Source: Lachnospiraceae bacterium (lineage in GTDB: Bacteria > Bacillota > Clostridia > Lachnospirales > Lachnospiraceae). Taken from it: DNA of 64,000 bases. The position numbers and the translations under genes are program-made. Location: contig JAFRXH010000027.1 in NCBI GenBank assembly GCA_017437785.1, forward strand, positions 22,716-86,715, given 5' to 3'. Numbering within the stretch: the first letter of the stretch is position 1; every line of letters begins with the position of its first letter. The notes beneath the pieces are model-generated. The model worked only from the letters and a program-made list of their open reading frames with translations. It was not told where the DNA came from and did not search any database. Shown here piece after piece: positions 26,426-36,550 of the stretch.

Positions 26426-28311
26426 ACAGGATCACTTCTGTAGAAGAACTTGAACGTTTAAGCGCGGAATGCGAAAAGCAAATGTCGGAGAAGATAAAAG
26501 GTGAAGACCATAAGCGCCATATAGTGCTGTGCGGCGGAACCGGATGTCTGTCCAGTAATTCAAAAGATATCGCAGCAAAGTTCACGGAGCTGCTGGCAAA
26601 AAAAGGACTCAACGAGAAGGCGAGCGTCAATATGGCCGGCTGTTTCGGATTCTGCTCACAGGGGCCTTTTGTAAAGATCTATCCGGAGGATACTCTCTAC
26701 AGGATGGTAAAGCTTGAAGATGTAGAAGAGATAATCGATTCGGATATAGGACGCGGTGAAGTGGTAGAGCGTCTTCTGTATGTTGATCCCGTATCGGGAG
26801 AAAAAGTCTCTAAGCAGGATGACATAAACTTTTATAAAAAACAGCATCGCATAGCGCTTCACGGCTGTGGAGTCATTAATCCCGAGGACCTGAGCGAAGC
26901 ACTTGGGTTCGGGGCGTTTAAGGGGCTTAAGAAGGCTCTTTCGATGACTCAGAAAGAAGTGGCGGATACGGTGCTTCTTTCCGGACTGCGCGGACGCGGG
27001 GGCGGCGGTTTCCCTGCCGGACGCAAGTGGATGTTTGCACTTTCTTCCGAGGGCGACGAAAAATACGTTGTCTGTAACGGTGATGAGGGTGATCCGGGTG
27101 CATTCATGGACCGCTCCATATTAGAGGGTAACCCTATCGCAGTTATCGAAGGAATGATGATAGCGGGATATGCCATAGGTGCCAAAGAAGGCTACTTCTA
27201 TGTGCGTGCCGAGTATCCCGTGGCTGTGGCGCGTCTTAAGAAAGCCATAGAAAACGCCAGAGAAGCCGGGATGCTCGGAAAGAACATCCTTGGCACGGGC
27301 TTTGATTTTGACTGTCACATAAGGCTTGGCGCGGGCGCATTCGTCTGCGGCGAGGAGACGGCTCTGCTTAATTCTATCGAAGGTAAGCGCGGTATGCCCA
27401 GGCCCCGTCCTCCTTTCCCGGCTGTTAAAGGATTATGGGGAAAGCCGACTATAGTAAATAATGTTGAGACCCTGGCATGTGTACCTTATATCTTAAGGGA
27501 AGGTGCAGCCGAATTTGCCAAGGTGGGAACGGAAGGTTCCAAGGGGACCAAGGTGTTCGCGCTGGGAGGTAAGGTCAATAATGTAGGTCTTGTGGAAGTA
27601 CCTATGGGTACCACGCTGCGTGAACTTATTTATGATATAGGCGGCGGCATACCAAACGGCAAGAAGTTTAAGGCGATCCAGACAGGCGGACCTTCGGGCG
27701 GCTGCCTTACGGAGGAATTCCTTGATGAGCCGATAGATTTCGACAACCTTGTCCAGAAGGGTTCGATGATGGGATCCGGCGGAGCGATCGTTATGGATGA
27801 GGATAACTGTATGGTGGATGTGGCCAAGTTCTATATGGAATTCATCTGTGATGAATCCTGCGGAAAGTGTTCGCCCTGCCGTATAGGTACCAAGAGGATA
27901 CTGGAGATACTGACTAAGATCACCGAGGGCAAGGGGACTATGGAAGACCTTGATACCCTTGAGGAACTCAGTAAGACAATAAAGACTAATTCCCTCTGCG
28001 CACTGGGACAGACGGCTTCCAATCCCGTTAATTCTACCCTCAGGCACTTCAGAGAAGAGTATGTGGCGCATATAGTGGAGAAACGCTGTCCTGCACATGT
28101 CTGCAAGAGTCTTATGAAGTATAAGATCAACCCCGATATCTGTATCGGCTGCGGTCTCTGTGCTAGAAACTGCCCTGTCGGATGCATATCAAGAAGCGAT
28201 TATATCGCTCCCGACCATAAACTCGCTTCCTTTGCGATAGATACGGATAAGTGTGCCAAGTGCGGACTGTGCAAGAGTAACTGTAAGTTTAACGCTATCA
28301 CAAAAGAGTAG
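26422..28311 (+). CDS. hydB: [FeFe]-hydrogenase beta subunit (NuoF-like, FMN/NADH)
   Basis: N-terminal thioredoxin-like 2Fe-2S (CGGTGC...CFGFC), GLRGRGGGGFP, DEGDPGAFMDR, CGEETAL, SCGKCSPCRIG, two C-terminal 4Fe-4S motifs. Confidence 0.93.
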   Translation: MNRITSVEELERLSAECEKQMSEKIKGEDHKRHIVLCGGTGCLSSNSKDIAAKFTELLAKKGLNEKASVNMAGCFGFCSQGPFVKIYPEDTLYRMVKLEDVEEIIDSDIGRGEVVERLLYVDPVSGEKVSKQDDINFYKKQHRIALHGCGVINPEDLSEALGFGAFKGLKKALSMTQKEVADTVLLSGLRGRGGGGFPAGRKWMFALSSEGDEKYVVCNGDEGDPGAFMDRSILEGNPIAVIEGMMIAGYAIGAKEGYFYVRAEYPVAVARLKKAIENAREAGMLGKNILGTGFDFDCHIRLGAGAFVCGEETALLNSIEGKRGMPRPRPPFPAVKGLWGKPTIVNNVETLACVPYILREGAAEFAKVGTEGSKGTKVFALGGKVNNVGLVEVPMGTTLRELIYDIGGGIPNGKKFKAIQTGGPSGGCLTEEFLDEPIDFDNLVQKGSMMGSGGAIVMDEDNCMVDVAKFYMEFICDESCGKCSPCRIGTKRILEILTKITEGKGTMEDLDTLEELSKTIKTNSLCALGQTASNPVNSTLRHFREEYVAHIVEKRCPAHVCKSLMKYKINPDICIGCGLCARNCPVGCISRSDYIAPDHKLASFAIDTDKCAKCGLCKSNCKFNAITKE

Positions 28312-28323
28312 GAGGGGAGTAGA

Positions 28324-30099
28324 ATGGCATTGGTAACGATAAAAATAGAAGGTGTCAGCCATCAGGTTGAGGAAGGACTCACCATCCTGGAGGCGGCAAG
28401 GAAATGCGGATATGAGATCCCCTCTCTGTGCTCTTTTAATCACGGGGAGTGCAATCAGGGATCATGCCGTGTATGTCTGGTAGAAGTAAAAGGTGCAAGA
28501 GGCCTGGTTGCAAGCTGCGTTTATCCGGTATCGGACGGTATGGAGATAACCATATCTTCGCCTGCGGCCACCACAGCGAGACGCATGAGCGTTGAGCTGC
28601 TTTTGTCAAATCATAACCAGTTCTGCCAGCAGTGTGATAAGAACGGAAAGTGCGAGCTTTTGCATGTGGCTAATGTGACGGGGGCCAGAGCCGATGTTTT
28701 CGGCGGAGTGCATTCCGAGGTGCACATCGATAAGCTGGCACCCGGCCTTGTAAGGGATACATCCAAGTGCATACTGTGCGGCAGGTGTATAGAGAGATGT
28801 AAGAATGCCCACGGACTGGGAATACTGGGCTATGAGAACAGGGGCTTTAATACCTTTGTATCGCCTGCGCAGGACAGGGGCTTTAATGATTCACCCTGTA
28901 TACAGTGCGGCCAGTGTGTTTCGGTCTGCCCTACAGGTGCACTTATGGAGCATTCGGAGATCGAGAAGGTTGATGAAGCTTTTGCAGCCGGAAAAGTGGT
29001 GATCGCCCAGGCAGCTCCTGCAGTCAGGGCTGCGCTTGGCGAGGAATTCGGCTATCCGATCGGAACACCGGTTACCGGAAAGATGATAGCCGCAATGAGG
29101 AGACTGGGATTTAAGCGTATATACGATGTAAACTTCGGCGCGGATCTTACCATTATGGAAGAAGGCACGGAACTTCTGGGACGTCTTAAGAACGGAGGCG
29201 TTCTCCCTATGATAACTTCGTGCTCCCCGGGGTGGGTCAACTATGCGGAGTATAATTACAGCGATCTTTTACCGAATCTTTCATCATGCAAGTCACCTCA
29301 CCAGATGCAGGGAGCGGTGATCAAATCCTATTGGGCAAAGGTCCATGATGTGGCACCCGAGGATATTTTTGTGGTATCTGTCATGCCATGTACTGCAAAG
29401 AAGTTCGAAAGGCAGCGTGAGCAGCTTAAGGTAAACGGTCTGGCGGATGTTGATGCGGTAATTACAACGAGGGAACTCGCAAGAATGATCAAGAGAGCCG
29501 GGATCATCTTTGAAAGACTTCCCGAAGAAGGCTGGGATCAGGATATCATGGGCGATTATTCGGGCGCAGGTGTCATCTTCGGTGTTACCGGCGGTGTTAT
29601 GGAAGCTGCACTCCGTACCGTATACTATAAGCTTACCGGTGAGGAAGCAGACCCCATTACTTTCGAAAGTGTCCGCGGACATGAAGCCGGCATAAGGGAG
29701 GCTTCGCTTGATATCAACGGCACTACCGTGAATGTGGCCATTGCATCCGGAATGAAGTCCGCAAAAGTGCTTCTTGATGATATAAGGGCAGGCAAGTCAA
29801 AATACCATTTCATAGAGATCATGGGATGCCCCGGCGGATGTATAAACGGCGGAGGCCAGCCTTATGTGCGTGAGTTCTTCCTGCCTCACGAAGATGACGA
29901 TATCATGGATACCTACAAGGAGAAGAGAGCCAGAGCCCTTTATCTGGAAGATAAGAGGCAGACGCACCGTCAGTCTCATAACAATCCGCAGGTTAAGGAA
30001 CTATATGATAAATTCCTTGGTGAGCCCAACAGCCATAAGGCGCACGAGCTTCTTCATACAACGTATGCCGCGAGGGTTGGCTTTAACGATCCCGAATGA
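28324..30099 (+). CDS. hydA: [FeFe]-hydrogenase catalytic subunit, group A3-type
   Basis: H-cluster P1 TSCSPGW, P2 MPCTAKKFE, P3 EIMGCPGGCINGGGQP; N-terminal 2Fe-2S, His-ligated 4Fe-4S, two 4Fe-4S. Confidence 0.95.
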   Translation: MALVTIKIEGVSHQVEEGLTILEAARKCGYEIPSLCSFNHGECNQGSCRVCLVEVKGARGLVASCVYPVSDGMEITISSPAATTARRMSVELLLSNHNQFCQQCDKNGKCELLHVANVTGARADVFGGVHSEVHIDKLAPGLVRDTSKCILCGRCIERCKNAHGLGILGYENRGFNTFVSPAQDRGFNDSPCIQCGQCVSVCPTGALMEHSEIEKVDEAFAAGKVVIAQAAPAVRAALGEEFGYPIGTPVTGKMIAAMRRLGFKRIYDVNFGADLTIMEEGTELLGRLKNGGVLPMITSCSPGWVNYAEYNYSDLLPNLSSCKSPHQMQGAVIKSYWAKVHDVAPEDIFVVSVMPCTAKKFERQREQLKVNGLADVDAVITTRELARMIKRAGIIFERLPEEGWDQDIMGDYSGAGVIFGVTGGVMEAALRTVYYKLTGEEADPITFESVRGHEAGIREASLDINGTTVNVAIASGMKSAKVLLDDIRAGKSKYHFIEIMGCPGGCINGGGQPYVREFFLPHEDDDIMDTYKEKRARALYLEDKRQTHRQSHNNPQVKELYDKFLGEPNSHKAHELLHTTYAARVGFNDPE

Positions 30100-30142
30100 T
30101 GACGTTTTGGGTCTAACGGGCGGGAAATATCATAAGTGAACG

Positions 30143-30169
30143 AAAAGGCGGTCATAGTACCGCCTTTTT
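30143..30169 (+). terminator. intrinsic terminator after hydA
   Basis: AAAAGGCGGT / ACCGCCTTTT stem. Confidence 0.8.
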
Positions 30170-30214
30170 CAATACCGCCTTTTAAATCCGATGTTGGCGA
30201 AAACATCAAAATCC

Positions 30215-30243
30215 TTGCAAATTATTTGTATATTTAGTAGAAT
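30215..30243 (+). promoter_or_regulatory. sigma-A promoter of argJBD
   Basis: TTGCAA 30215-30220, 17-bp spacer, TAGAAT 30238-30243. Confidence 0.65.
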
Positions 30244-30295
30244 AGGCGGATAAGTAAAAAAAGCTGTCTATGTAGATAAAGAAAGGACATGTATT

Positions 30296-31522
30296 ATGAA
30301 GGAAATACAGGGGGGGATCACTGCTCCCGAAGGTTTTTATGCAGCTTCTCATGCGGCAGGTATCAAGTATAAAGGCAGGGAAGATATGGCCCTGATATAC
30401 AGCGATACGGACTGTATTACCGCAGGTACGTTTACCACCAATGTTGTCAAGGCAGCACCGGTGTTATGGGATTCCGACATAGTACACAGCGATGCAAAGG
30501 TCCGCGCGGTAGTGATCAATTCCGGCATAGCAAATGCGGCTACAGGAAAGCCCGGCATGGATATATGCGAAAAGACCGCACAGGCCATGAGCAGTCTTTA
30601 CGGCGGGAACAGGGATTCCGTACTTGTGGCATCCACAGGCGTTATAGGGATGCAGATAGATGCGGATAAAATATGCGCAGGATGTAAGGAACTGTTTGAA
30701 AAGAAGGCAGATACGCCCGGGGCAGCGACTGCGGCTGCAAAGGCAATAATGACCACCGATACCCACAAGAAAGAGATAGCGGTTGAAGTGGAGCTTACGG
30801 ACGGTAAAGTGATCCGCATAGGTGCCATGACCAAGGGATCCGGTATGATACATCCCAATATGTGCACGATGCTTGGTTTTGTGACTACAGATGCGGTGAT
30901 AGATAAGAAACTCCTTCAGAAGGCCATATCGGCTATAGTAGACGATACCTTCAATATGATAACCGTAGACGGGGATACGTCTACAAATGATACTTATGTG
31001 ATACTTGCAAACGGCAGGGCAGGAAATACCCTTATCGGTGATGAGGGCGAGGACTACAGGCGCTTCTACGAAGGACTTCTCCACGTGAGCGAGTATCTTG
31101 CAATACAGATGGCCGGTGACGGGGAGGGAGCTACCAAGCTCTTTGAATGTCATGTAAAAGAGGCACAAAACGTTGCCGATGCTAAAAAAATGGCAAAATC
31201 CGTAGTAGGTTCGGCACTCTGCAAAGCCGCGATATTCGGAAACGATTCAAACTTCGGACGTTTCCTCTGTGCACTGGGCTATTCGGGTGCAGACTTTGAT
31301 CCGGCTAAGGTGGATATATGGTACGAGGCGGCAGGAAAGAAGCTTAAGATAGTTGAAAACGGCATGGATGCAGGATACAGCGAGGATGAGGCCACAGAGC
31401 TTCTTAAGAGCGAAGCGGTAACGGTCGTGGCTGTAATGCATGCAGGCAGCGCCGAGGCCAGAGCCTGGGGATGCGACTTAAGTTATGACTATGTAAAGAT
31501 AAATGCGGATTACAGATCGTAA
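30296..31522 (+). CDS. argJ: ornithine acetyltransferase / N-acetylglutamate synthase
   Basis: KGSGMIHPNMCTML, ITVDGDTSTND, GDGEGATK, WGCDLSYDYVKINADYRS. Confidence 0.97.
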   Translation: MKEIQGGITAPEGFYAASHAAGIKYKGREDMALIYSDTDCITAGTFTTNVVKAAPVLWDSDIVHSDAKVRAVVINSGIANAATGKPGMDICEKTAQAMSSLYGGNRDSVLVASTGVIGMQIDADKICAGCKELFEKKADTPGAATAAAKAIMTTDTHKKEIAVEVELTDGKVIRIGAMTKGSGMIHPNMCTMLGFVTTDAVIDKKLLQKAISAIVDDTFNMITVDGDTSTNDTYVILANGRAGNTLIGDEGEDYRRFYEGLLHVSEYLAIQMAGDGEGATKLFECHVKEAQNVADAKKMAKSVVGSALCKAAIFGNDSNFGRFLCALGYSGADFDPAKVDIWYEAAGKKLKIVENGMDAGYSEDEATELLKSEAVTVVAVMHAGSAEARAWGCDLSYDYVKINADYRS

Positions 31523-31576
31523 AACGGAGATACAGGTGAAGCTGCCGGCCGTTTAGTCTGACAGGAGGGAAAAACA

Positions 31577-32464
31577 ATGTATACTAATGACATCGATAAT
31601 CTACTGAAAAAAGCCGGGGTCCTTATTGAGGCCCTGCCTTATATACAGAGGTATAACCGGAGGATCATTGTAGTAAAGTACGGCGGAAGCGCCATGGCCG
31701 ATCCGGAGCTTCAGCGGAACGTCATAAAGGATGTAACGCTGCTTAAGCTGGTCGGGTTCAAGCCCATCATAGTACACGGAGGCGGCAAGGAGATAAGCGC
31801 CTGGCTTAAAAAGACAGGCAAGGAATCGGAGTTCGTAAACGGGCTGCGTGTTACCGATGCGGAGACTATGGAAGTTGCAGAGATGGTGCTTAACAAGGTT
31901 AACAAGCGACTGGTATCCATGGTAGAGGAGCTGGGAGTCCATGCGGCCGGGATATCCGGAAAGGACGGGGGGCTTCTTAAGGTGGAAAAGAGGTTCTCTG
32001 ACGGAAAGGATATAGGTTTTGTAGGCCAGATAACGGATGTTGATCCCAAGATATTATTTGATCTGATCGATAAGGATTTCCTTCCTATAGTCTGCCCCAT
32101 AGGAATGGATGATAAATATGAGAGCTATAACATAAATGCGGATGATGCAGCCTGCGCGGTAGCAAAGGCCGTAGGCGCAGAGAAGCTGGCGTTCCTTACC
32201 GATATTGAGGGATTATACCGGGATATCAACGATAAATCGTCCTTCATATCTACCATAAAGATATCGGAAGCAAAGGCTCTGATCGATGAGGGCATAATAG
32301 GCGGCGGTATGCTGCCCAAGCTCGGAAACTGCATCGACGCCATTAAGAGCGGGGTGCAGAGGGTGCATATACTTGACGGAAGGCTGGCACACTGCCTGCT
32401 TCTGGAGATATTCACGAAAGATGGTATCGGTACCATGATAACTGCGGATGACGATCAGGAATAA
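31577..32464 (+). CDS. argB: acetylglutamate kinase
   Basis: [28 protein letters not shown]. Confidence 0.97.
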   Translation: MYTNDIDNLLKKAGVLIEALPYIQRYNRRIIVVKYGGSAMADPELQRNVIKDVTLLKLVGFKPIIVHGGGKEISAWLKKTGKESEFVNGLRVTDAETMEVAEMVLNKVNKRLVSMVEELGVHAAGISGKDGGLLKVEKRFSDGKDIGFVGQITDVDPKILFDLIDKDFLPIVCPIGMDDKYESYNINADDAACAVAKAVGAEKLAFLTDIEGLYRDINDKSSFISTIKISEAKALIDEGIIGGGMLPKLGNCIDAIKSGVQRVHILDGRLAHCLLLEIFTKDGIGTMITADDDQE

Positions 32465-32470
32465 AAGTCT

Positions 32471-32496
32471 GTCATCTTAAGAAGATAAGAGGATCT
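32471..32496. repeat. degenerate GTCAT...GGATCT REP-like copy
   Basis: gtcatcttaagaagataagaggatct in the argB-argD gap. Confidence 0.45.
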
Positions 32497-32530
32497 TTGG
32501 AGTAAGTATATTTAGACGGAGGAAATGATC

Positions 32531-33718
32531 ATGGGTATCATGAATGATTACATAGAGGAAGCCGAAGCGGCGCTCCTTCATACATATAACCGTTATCAGG
32601 TGGTATTTGACCACGGTGAGGGCGTATATCTCTACGATCTGGAAGGCAAGAAGTATCTGGATTTCGTATCCGGCATAGCGGTATTTGCACTTGGATACGG
32701 CGTAAAAGAGTATAATGATGCGATCAAGGCACAGGTGGATAAGTTACTCCACACTTCCAATTATTATTATAATGTACCGGCTATCGAGGCAGCAAAGGGG
32801 ATCAAAAAGATCTCGGGCATGGACCGTGTGTTCTTTACCAACAGCGGTGCGGAAGCCGTTGAGGGCGCTATAAAGACAGCACGTAAGTATGGATTTTTAA
32901 AGGACGGCCGTACCGATCATGAGATCATCGCAATGGAGCATTCTTTCCACGGCCGTACCATGGGCGCATTGTCTGTTACGGGAAAGAAAGCATATCGTGA
33001 TGCTTTTGAACCGATGATAGGTAACATCCGTTTTGCACAGTACAATGATATAGAAAGCGTTAAGGCATGTCTTAACGATAAAACCATAGCCATACTGTTA
33101 GAGACTGTGCAGGGTGAGGGCGGTATATATCCCGCAGATGAAGCTTTCCTTAAAGAACTGCGCAGGATCTGTGATGAACGCGACATACTGCTGATATTAG
33201 ATGAGATACAGTGCGGCATGGGACGCAGCGGGGAATACTTTGCATGGCAGCGTTACGGAGTCAAGCCCGATGTCATGACTGTTGCAAAGGCACTGGGCTG
33301 CGGTGTGCCCGTTGGTGCTTTCCTTATGACCGAAAAAGTGGCACGCTCTTCCCTGGTAGCAGGCGATCATGGTACCACTTACGGCGGCAATCCTCTTGCA
33401 GGTGCTGCTATCTGTTCGGTGCTTAAGCTCTTTGAAGAGAAGCATGTGCTTGAAAACGTACGTGAGGTGGGAGCATATCTTTTTGATGTGCTGGAGGTCA
33501 TCAAGGCAGAGAACAGTGACATAATCGACCATCGCGGCGTGGGGCTGATGCAGGGACTTGAGTTCGATCATCCCGTAGCGGATATAATAAATAAGGCTCT
33601 TGATAAGGGCTTGGTACTCATAAATGCAGGAACGAACATCATACGTTTCCTTCCTTCTCTGGTGATCAGTAAAAAGGATGTAGACGACATGGCTGCCATT
33701 CTCAGGGAGTGTTTGTGA
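32531..33718 (+). CDS. argD: acetylornithine aminotransferase
   Basis: FHGRT, ILDEIQCGMGR, TVAKALG (PLP Lys), HGTTYGGNPL; arg operon context. Confidence 0.93.
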   Translation: MGIMNDYIEEAEAALLHTYNRYQVVFDHGEGVYLYDLEGKKYLDFVSGIAVFALGYGVKEYNDAIKAQVDKLLHTSNYYYNVPAIEAAKGIKKISGMDRVFFTNSGAEAVEGAIKTARKYGFLKDGRTDHEIIAMEHSFHGRTMGALSVTGKKAYRDAFEPMIGNIRFAQYNDIESVKACLNDKTIAILLETVQGEGGIYPADEAFLKELRRICDERDILLILDEIQCGMGRSGEYFAWQRYGVKPDVMTVAKALGCGVPVGAFLMTEKVARSSLVAGDHGTTYGGNPLAGAAICSVLKLFEEKHVLENVREVGAYLFDVLEVIKAENSDIIDHRGVGLMQGLEFDHPVADIINKALDKGLVLINAGTNIIRFLPSLVISKKDVDDMAAILRECL

Positions 33719-35127
33719 AAAAACTAAGAGGCAGGACATGGCTTTATATCTTTCTGGTATCGGCCCTCTTCGTGGGGGCCTGGTTTGCGTTTAAGCCGGA
33801 AGATGCAACGATCCCCGGCATAACGGAAAAAACGGATAAGAAGCCCACACTGATATTGTGGTATACGGATGAAAGCCTTACCGATTATCTTAACAGTGCC
33901 TGTGTGGCCTATCTGGACGCAGAGGGAGTAAGGGTTGAGCCGGTATTAAAGACCGGCCTTGAGTATATCGAAGAGATATATGATGCATCCGTAAAGGGCG
34001 GGGAAATGCCGGATCTTTATATAGCCGGCACAGACTGCCTGGAGAAGGCGGCACTTTCGGGACTGGCCCTTCCGATAAACGATCCCGAGAATATCATGAA
34101 CAGTTTTAATTATCCGCAGATAGCTATGGATGCGGTGAGCTATAAGGGCAGACAGGTAGCCTATCCTTTTTATTTTGATACGGCCTTCCTTCTTTACAAT
34201 TCCACCTATCTCTCACAGATGGCGGATGCGGAACTGAGAAGTGAACCGGTAGAGGGCGGTGAAGATGAAGAAGGCGAGGGCAGGACTTATGTTCCCGACG
34301 CCGGCGTTCCCGAGGGCTATACAGAAGAAAGCTGGAAGGAAGCCGTATCTGTGCGTACGCAGGAGCTTATCCCCGAATCAATAGAGGATATAACAAAGCT
34401 GGCGATGGAGCATGGGGCACCGGAGGGTATGGAGAATTTCTTCCTCTGGGATGTATCCGATATATATTACAATTATTTCTTTACGGGCGCATATATGAAC
34501 GTGGGCGGGGTATGCGGCGATGATCCCGAACTGATAGATATCTGCAATGATGATACCATCCGCTGCATGAGCACCTACCAGAACCTTCACCAGTTCTTCT
34601 CCATAGAGTCGAAGGAGAGCAGTTATGAAAAGGTGCTTCAGGATTTCCTTGACGGCAAGAGCTTATTTACCATAGTGACTACGGATGCGCTGTCAACCGT
34701 AGAGAGGGCATACGAGAACGGCGACTATAAATACGGATACGGTGTGGCTGCACTTCCGGGTGTGGATGCCGATCATGTGGCAAAGGGGCTTTCCACTACT
34801 ACCTGTGTGGCGGTCAACGGCTTTTCGGAATATCCCGACGAAGCAAATCTTTTTGCTGAGTATGTTATGTATGAATCGGCGGATACCCTTTATGACAGGA
34901 CAGGCAAGATGCCGTGCATGGGCAGCGTAATGGAAGAGAGCGCAGGTGCAAAGGATGTGGTACGTGCGCTTTATCAGAACAGCGTATGCCTTCCCAAGCT
35001 GATGACCATGAGCAATTTCTGGGTGGAGCTTGAGCTGGCCTATACCCGCATCTGGGACGGCGCGGATCCGGAGGAGACCTTAAAAGCCCTTTCTGATCAG
35101 ATGAATAAGCAGATAAAGAGATTCTGA
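33709..35127 (+). CDS. extracellular solute-binding protein (family 1-like), N-terminally anchored
   Basis: N-terminal TM; LILWYTD, PDLY, YPFYFDTAFLLYN, LPGV motifs; no permease genes adjacent. Confidence 0.75.
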   Translation: MFVKKLRGRTWLYIFLVSALFVGAWFAFKPEDATIPGITEKTDKKPTLILWYTDESLTDYLNSACVAYLDAEGVRVEPVLKTGLEYIEEIYDASVKGGEMPDLYIAGTDCLEKAALSGLALPINDPENIMNSFNYPQIAMDAVSYKGRQVAYPFYFDTAFLLYNSTYLSQMADAELRSEPVEGGEDEEGEGRTYVPDAGVPEGYTEESWKEAVSVRTQELIPESIEDITKLAMEHGAPEGMENFFLWDVSDIYYNYFFTGAYMNVGGVCGDDPELIDICNDDTIRCMSTYQNLHQFFSIESKESSYEKVLQDFLDGKSLFTIVTTDALSTVERAYENGDYKYGYGVAALPGVDADHVAKGLSTTTCVAVNGFSEYPDEANLFAEYVMYESADTLYDRTGKMPCMGSVMEESAGAKDVVRALYQNSVCLPKLMTMSNFWVELELAYTRIWDGADPEETLKALSDQMNKQIKRF

Positions 35128-35239
35128 TATTTTTTATTTTTTTCCTATTGAATGTTTTAAATTTATATCATAGAATGATATTTACAGGTGATCTCTGAGA
35201 AGGCCTTTTACCGTATCATATGTGTAAAAGGAGCAGATC

Positions 35240-35836
35240 ATGAAGAAAAATATCATACTAATTCTGTTACTGATGTTTCTGGGCATTTGCCTTGCCGGGT
35301 GCGGTTCCGCACAGGATTATATCAGCGAACAGCTAAAGCGCGCCGGTGGAGAAGAGGTACAGAACGTATCAGCTGATGATGCGGGTCTTGTTGTGCGCTC
35401 TTCGGAAGAAGTGTGCGTGCATATAAGCGGTGCGGTGGATAAGCCCGGAGTGTATATGCTGCCTGAGGGCAGCAGGCTCTATGAAGCTATAGAACTGGCA
35501 GGCGGATTTTCACCGGAAGCGGACAGGGATTATTTAAACCTGGCATCGGGGATAGAAGACGGATCTATGTATCATGTCCCTACTATGGAAGAAACAGAAG
35601 AAAAGGCGGCGGATGCCCTGCAGGGGACCGGGACTTATGACGGAAAAGTGGATATCAACCATGCCGGCATAGAGGAACTGACAAAGCTCACGGGCATAGG
35701 CGAAGGGAAGGCGCGGGCTATCATAGCATACCGCGAGGAACACGGGGCTTTTTCAAGCCCGGAAGATATAAAGAAAGTGTCCGGAATAGGTGAGGGCACA
35801 TACGATAAATTCAAAGATGATATAGCGGTGCATTAG
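35240..35836 (+). CDS. comEA: competence DNA receptor ComEA
   Basis: Lipobox LAGC; SLBB (VHISGAVDKPGVY); HhH (VDINHA...LTGIGEGKARAIIAYR...VSGIG). Confidence 0.93.
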   Translation: MKKNIILILLLMFLGICLAGCGSAQDYISEQLKRAGGEEVQNVSADDAGLVVRSSEEVCVHISGAVDKPGVYMLPEGSRLYEAIELAGGFSPEADRDYLNLASGIEDGSMYHVPTMEETEEKAADALQGTGTYDGKVDINHAGIEELTKLTGIGEGKARAIIAYREEHGAFSSPEDIKKVSGIGEGTYDKFKDDIAVH

Positions 35837-35857
35837 CACAGGAGGATCAAGAAGGAA

Positions 35858-36550
35858 ATGGCAGAACGCATCCTTATAGTTGACGACGAGAAAGCGATCG
35901 TAAAAGGACTGAAATACAGCATAGAGCAGGATGGCATGGAGACTGATGCAGCATACGACGGCGAAGAAGCGCTTGAACTGGTCAGGAGCAATCATTACGA
36001 CCTGGTGCTTCTGGATATGATGCTTCCCAAAATAGACGGTATGGAAGTGTGCAGGCAGATAAGGGAGTTTTCGGATGTGCCCATCATCTTTCTTACGGCA
36101 AAGGGCGATGATATGGATAAGATAATGGGCTTTGAGACGGGAGCCGATGATTATATCGTAAAGCCTTTTAATGTGTTGGAAGTAAAGGCGAGGATAAGGG
36201 TGTTCGTACGCCGTGCACGCAAAAGAAGCGCAGAGAGTGTCAGCAGCTCAAGGCTCATTGAGAACGGTGAGTTCAGATTCGATATCGAGAACAGAAGGCT
36301 TTTCATTAACAACAGGGAGATCAATCTTACCACAAAAGAGTTTGATATACTGGAGCTTTTGGTGACCCATCCCGGCAAGGTATACAGCAGGGATAATCTT
36401 AAGGAACTGGTGTGGGGCAGCGAGTATAACGGTGATGCCCGCACGGTCGATGTGCATGTCAGAAGACTGCGCGAAAAGATAGAGGAGACACCGGGAGCGC
36501 CCAGATATGTCCAGACCAAGTGGGGATCGGGATATTTCTATAAGGGATGA
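35858..36550 (+). CDS. OmpR/PhoB family response regulator (WalR/MtrA-like)
   Basis: LIVDDE, LLDMMLPKIDG, KPF, RTVDVHVRRLREKIE...TKWGSGY. Confidence 0.95.
   Translation: MAERILIVDDEKAIVKGLKYSIEQDGMETDAAYDGEEALELVRSNHYDLVLLDMMLPKIDGMEVCRQIREFSDVPIIFLTAKGDDMDKIMGFETGADDYIVKPFNVLEVKARIRVFVRRARKRSAESVSSSRLIENGEFRFDIENRRLFINNREINLTTKEFDILELLVTHPGKVYSRDNLKELVWGSEYNGDARTVDVHVRRLREKIEETPGAPRYVQTKWGSGYFYKG

Noticed and set aside
29210-29235. HydA P1 motif TSCSPGW instead of TSCCPxW
   Set aside because: TSC(C/S)P is an established variant in multimeric [FeFe]-hydrogenases; not evidence of inactivation or novelty.
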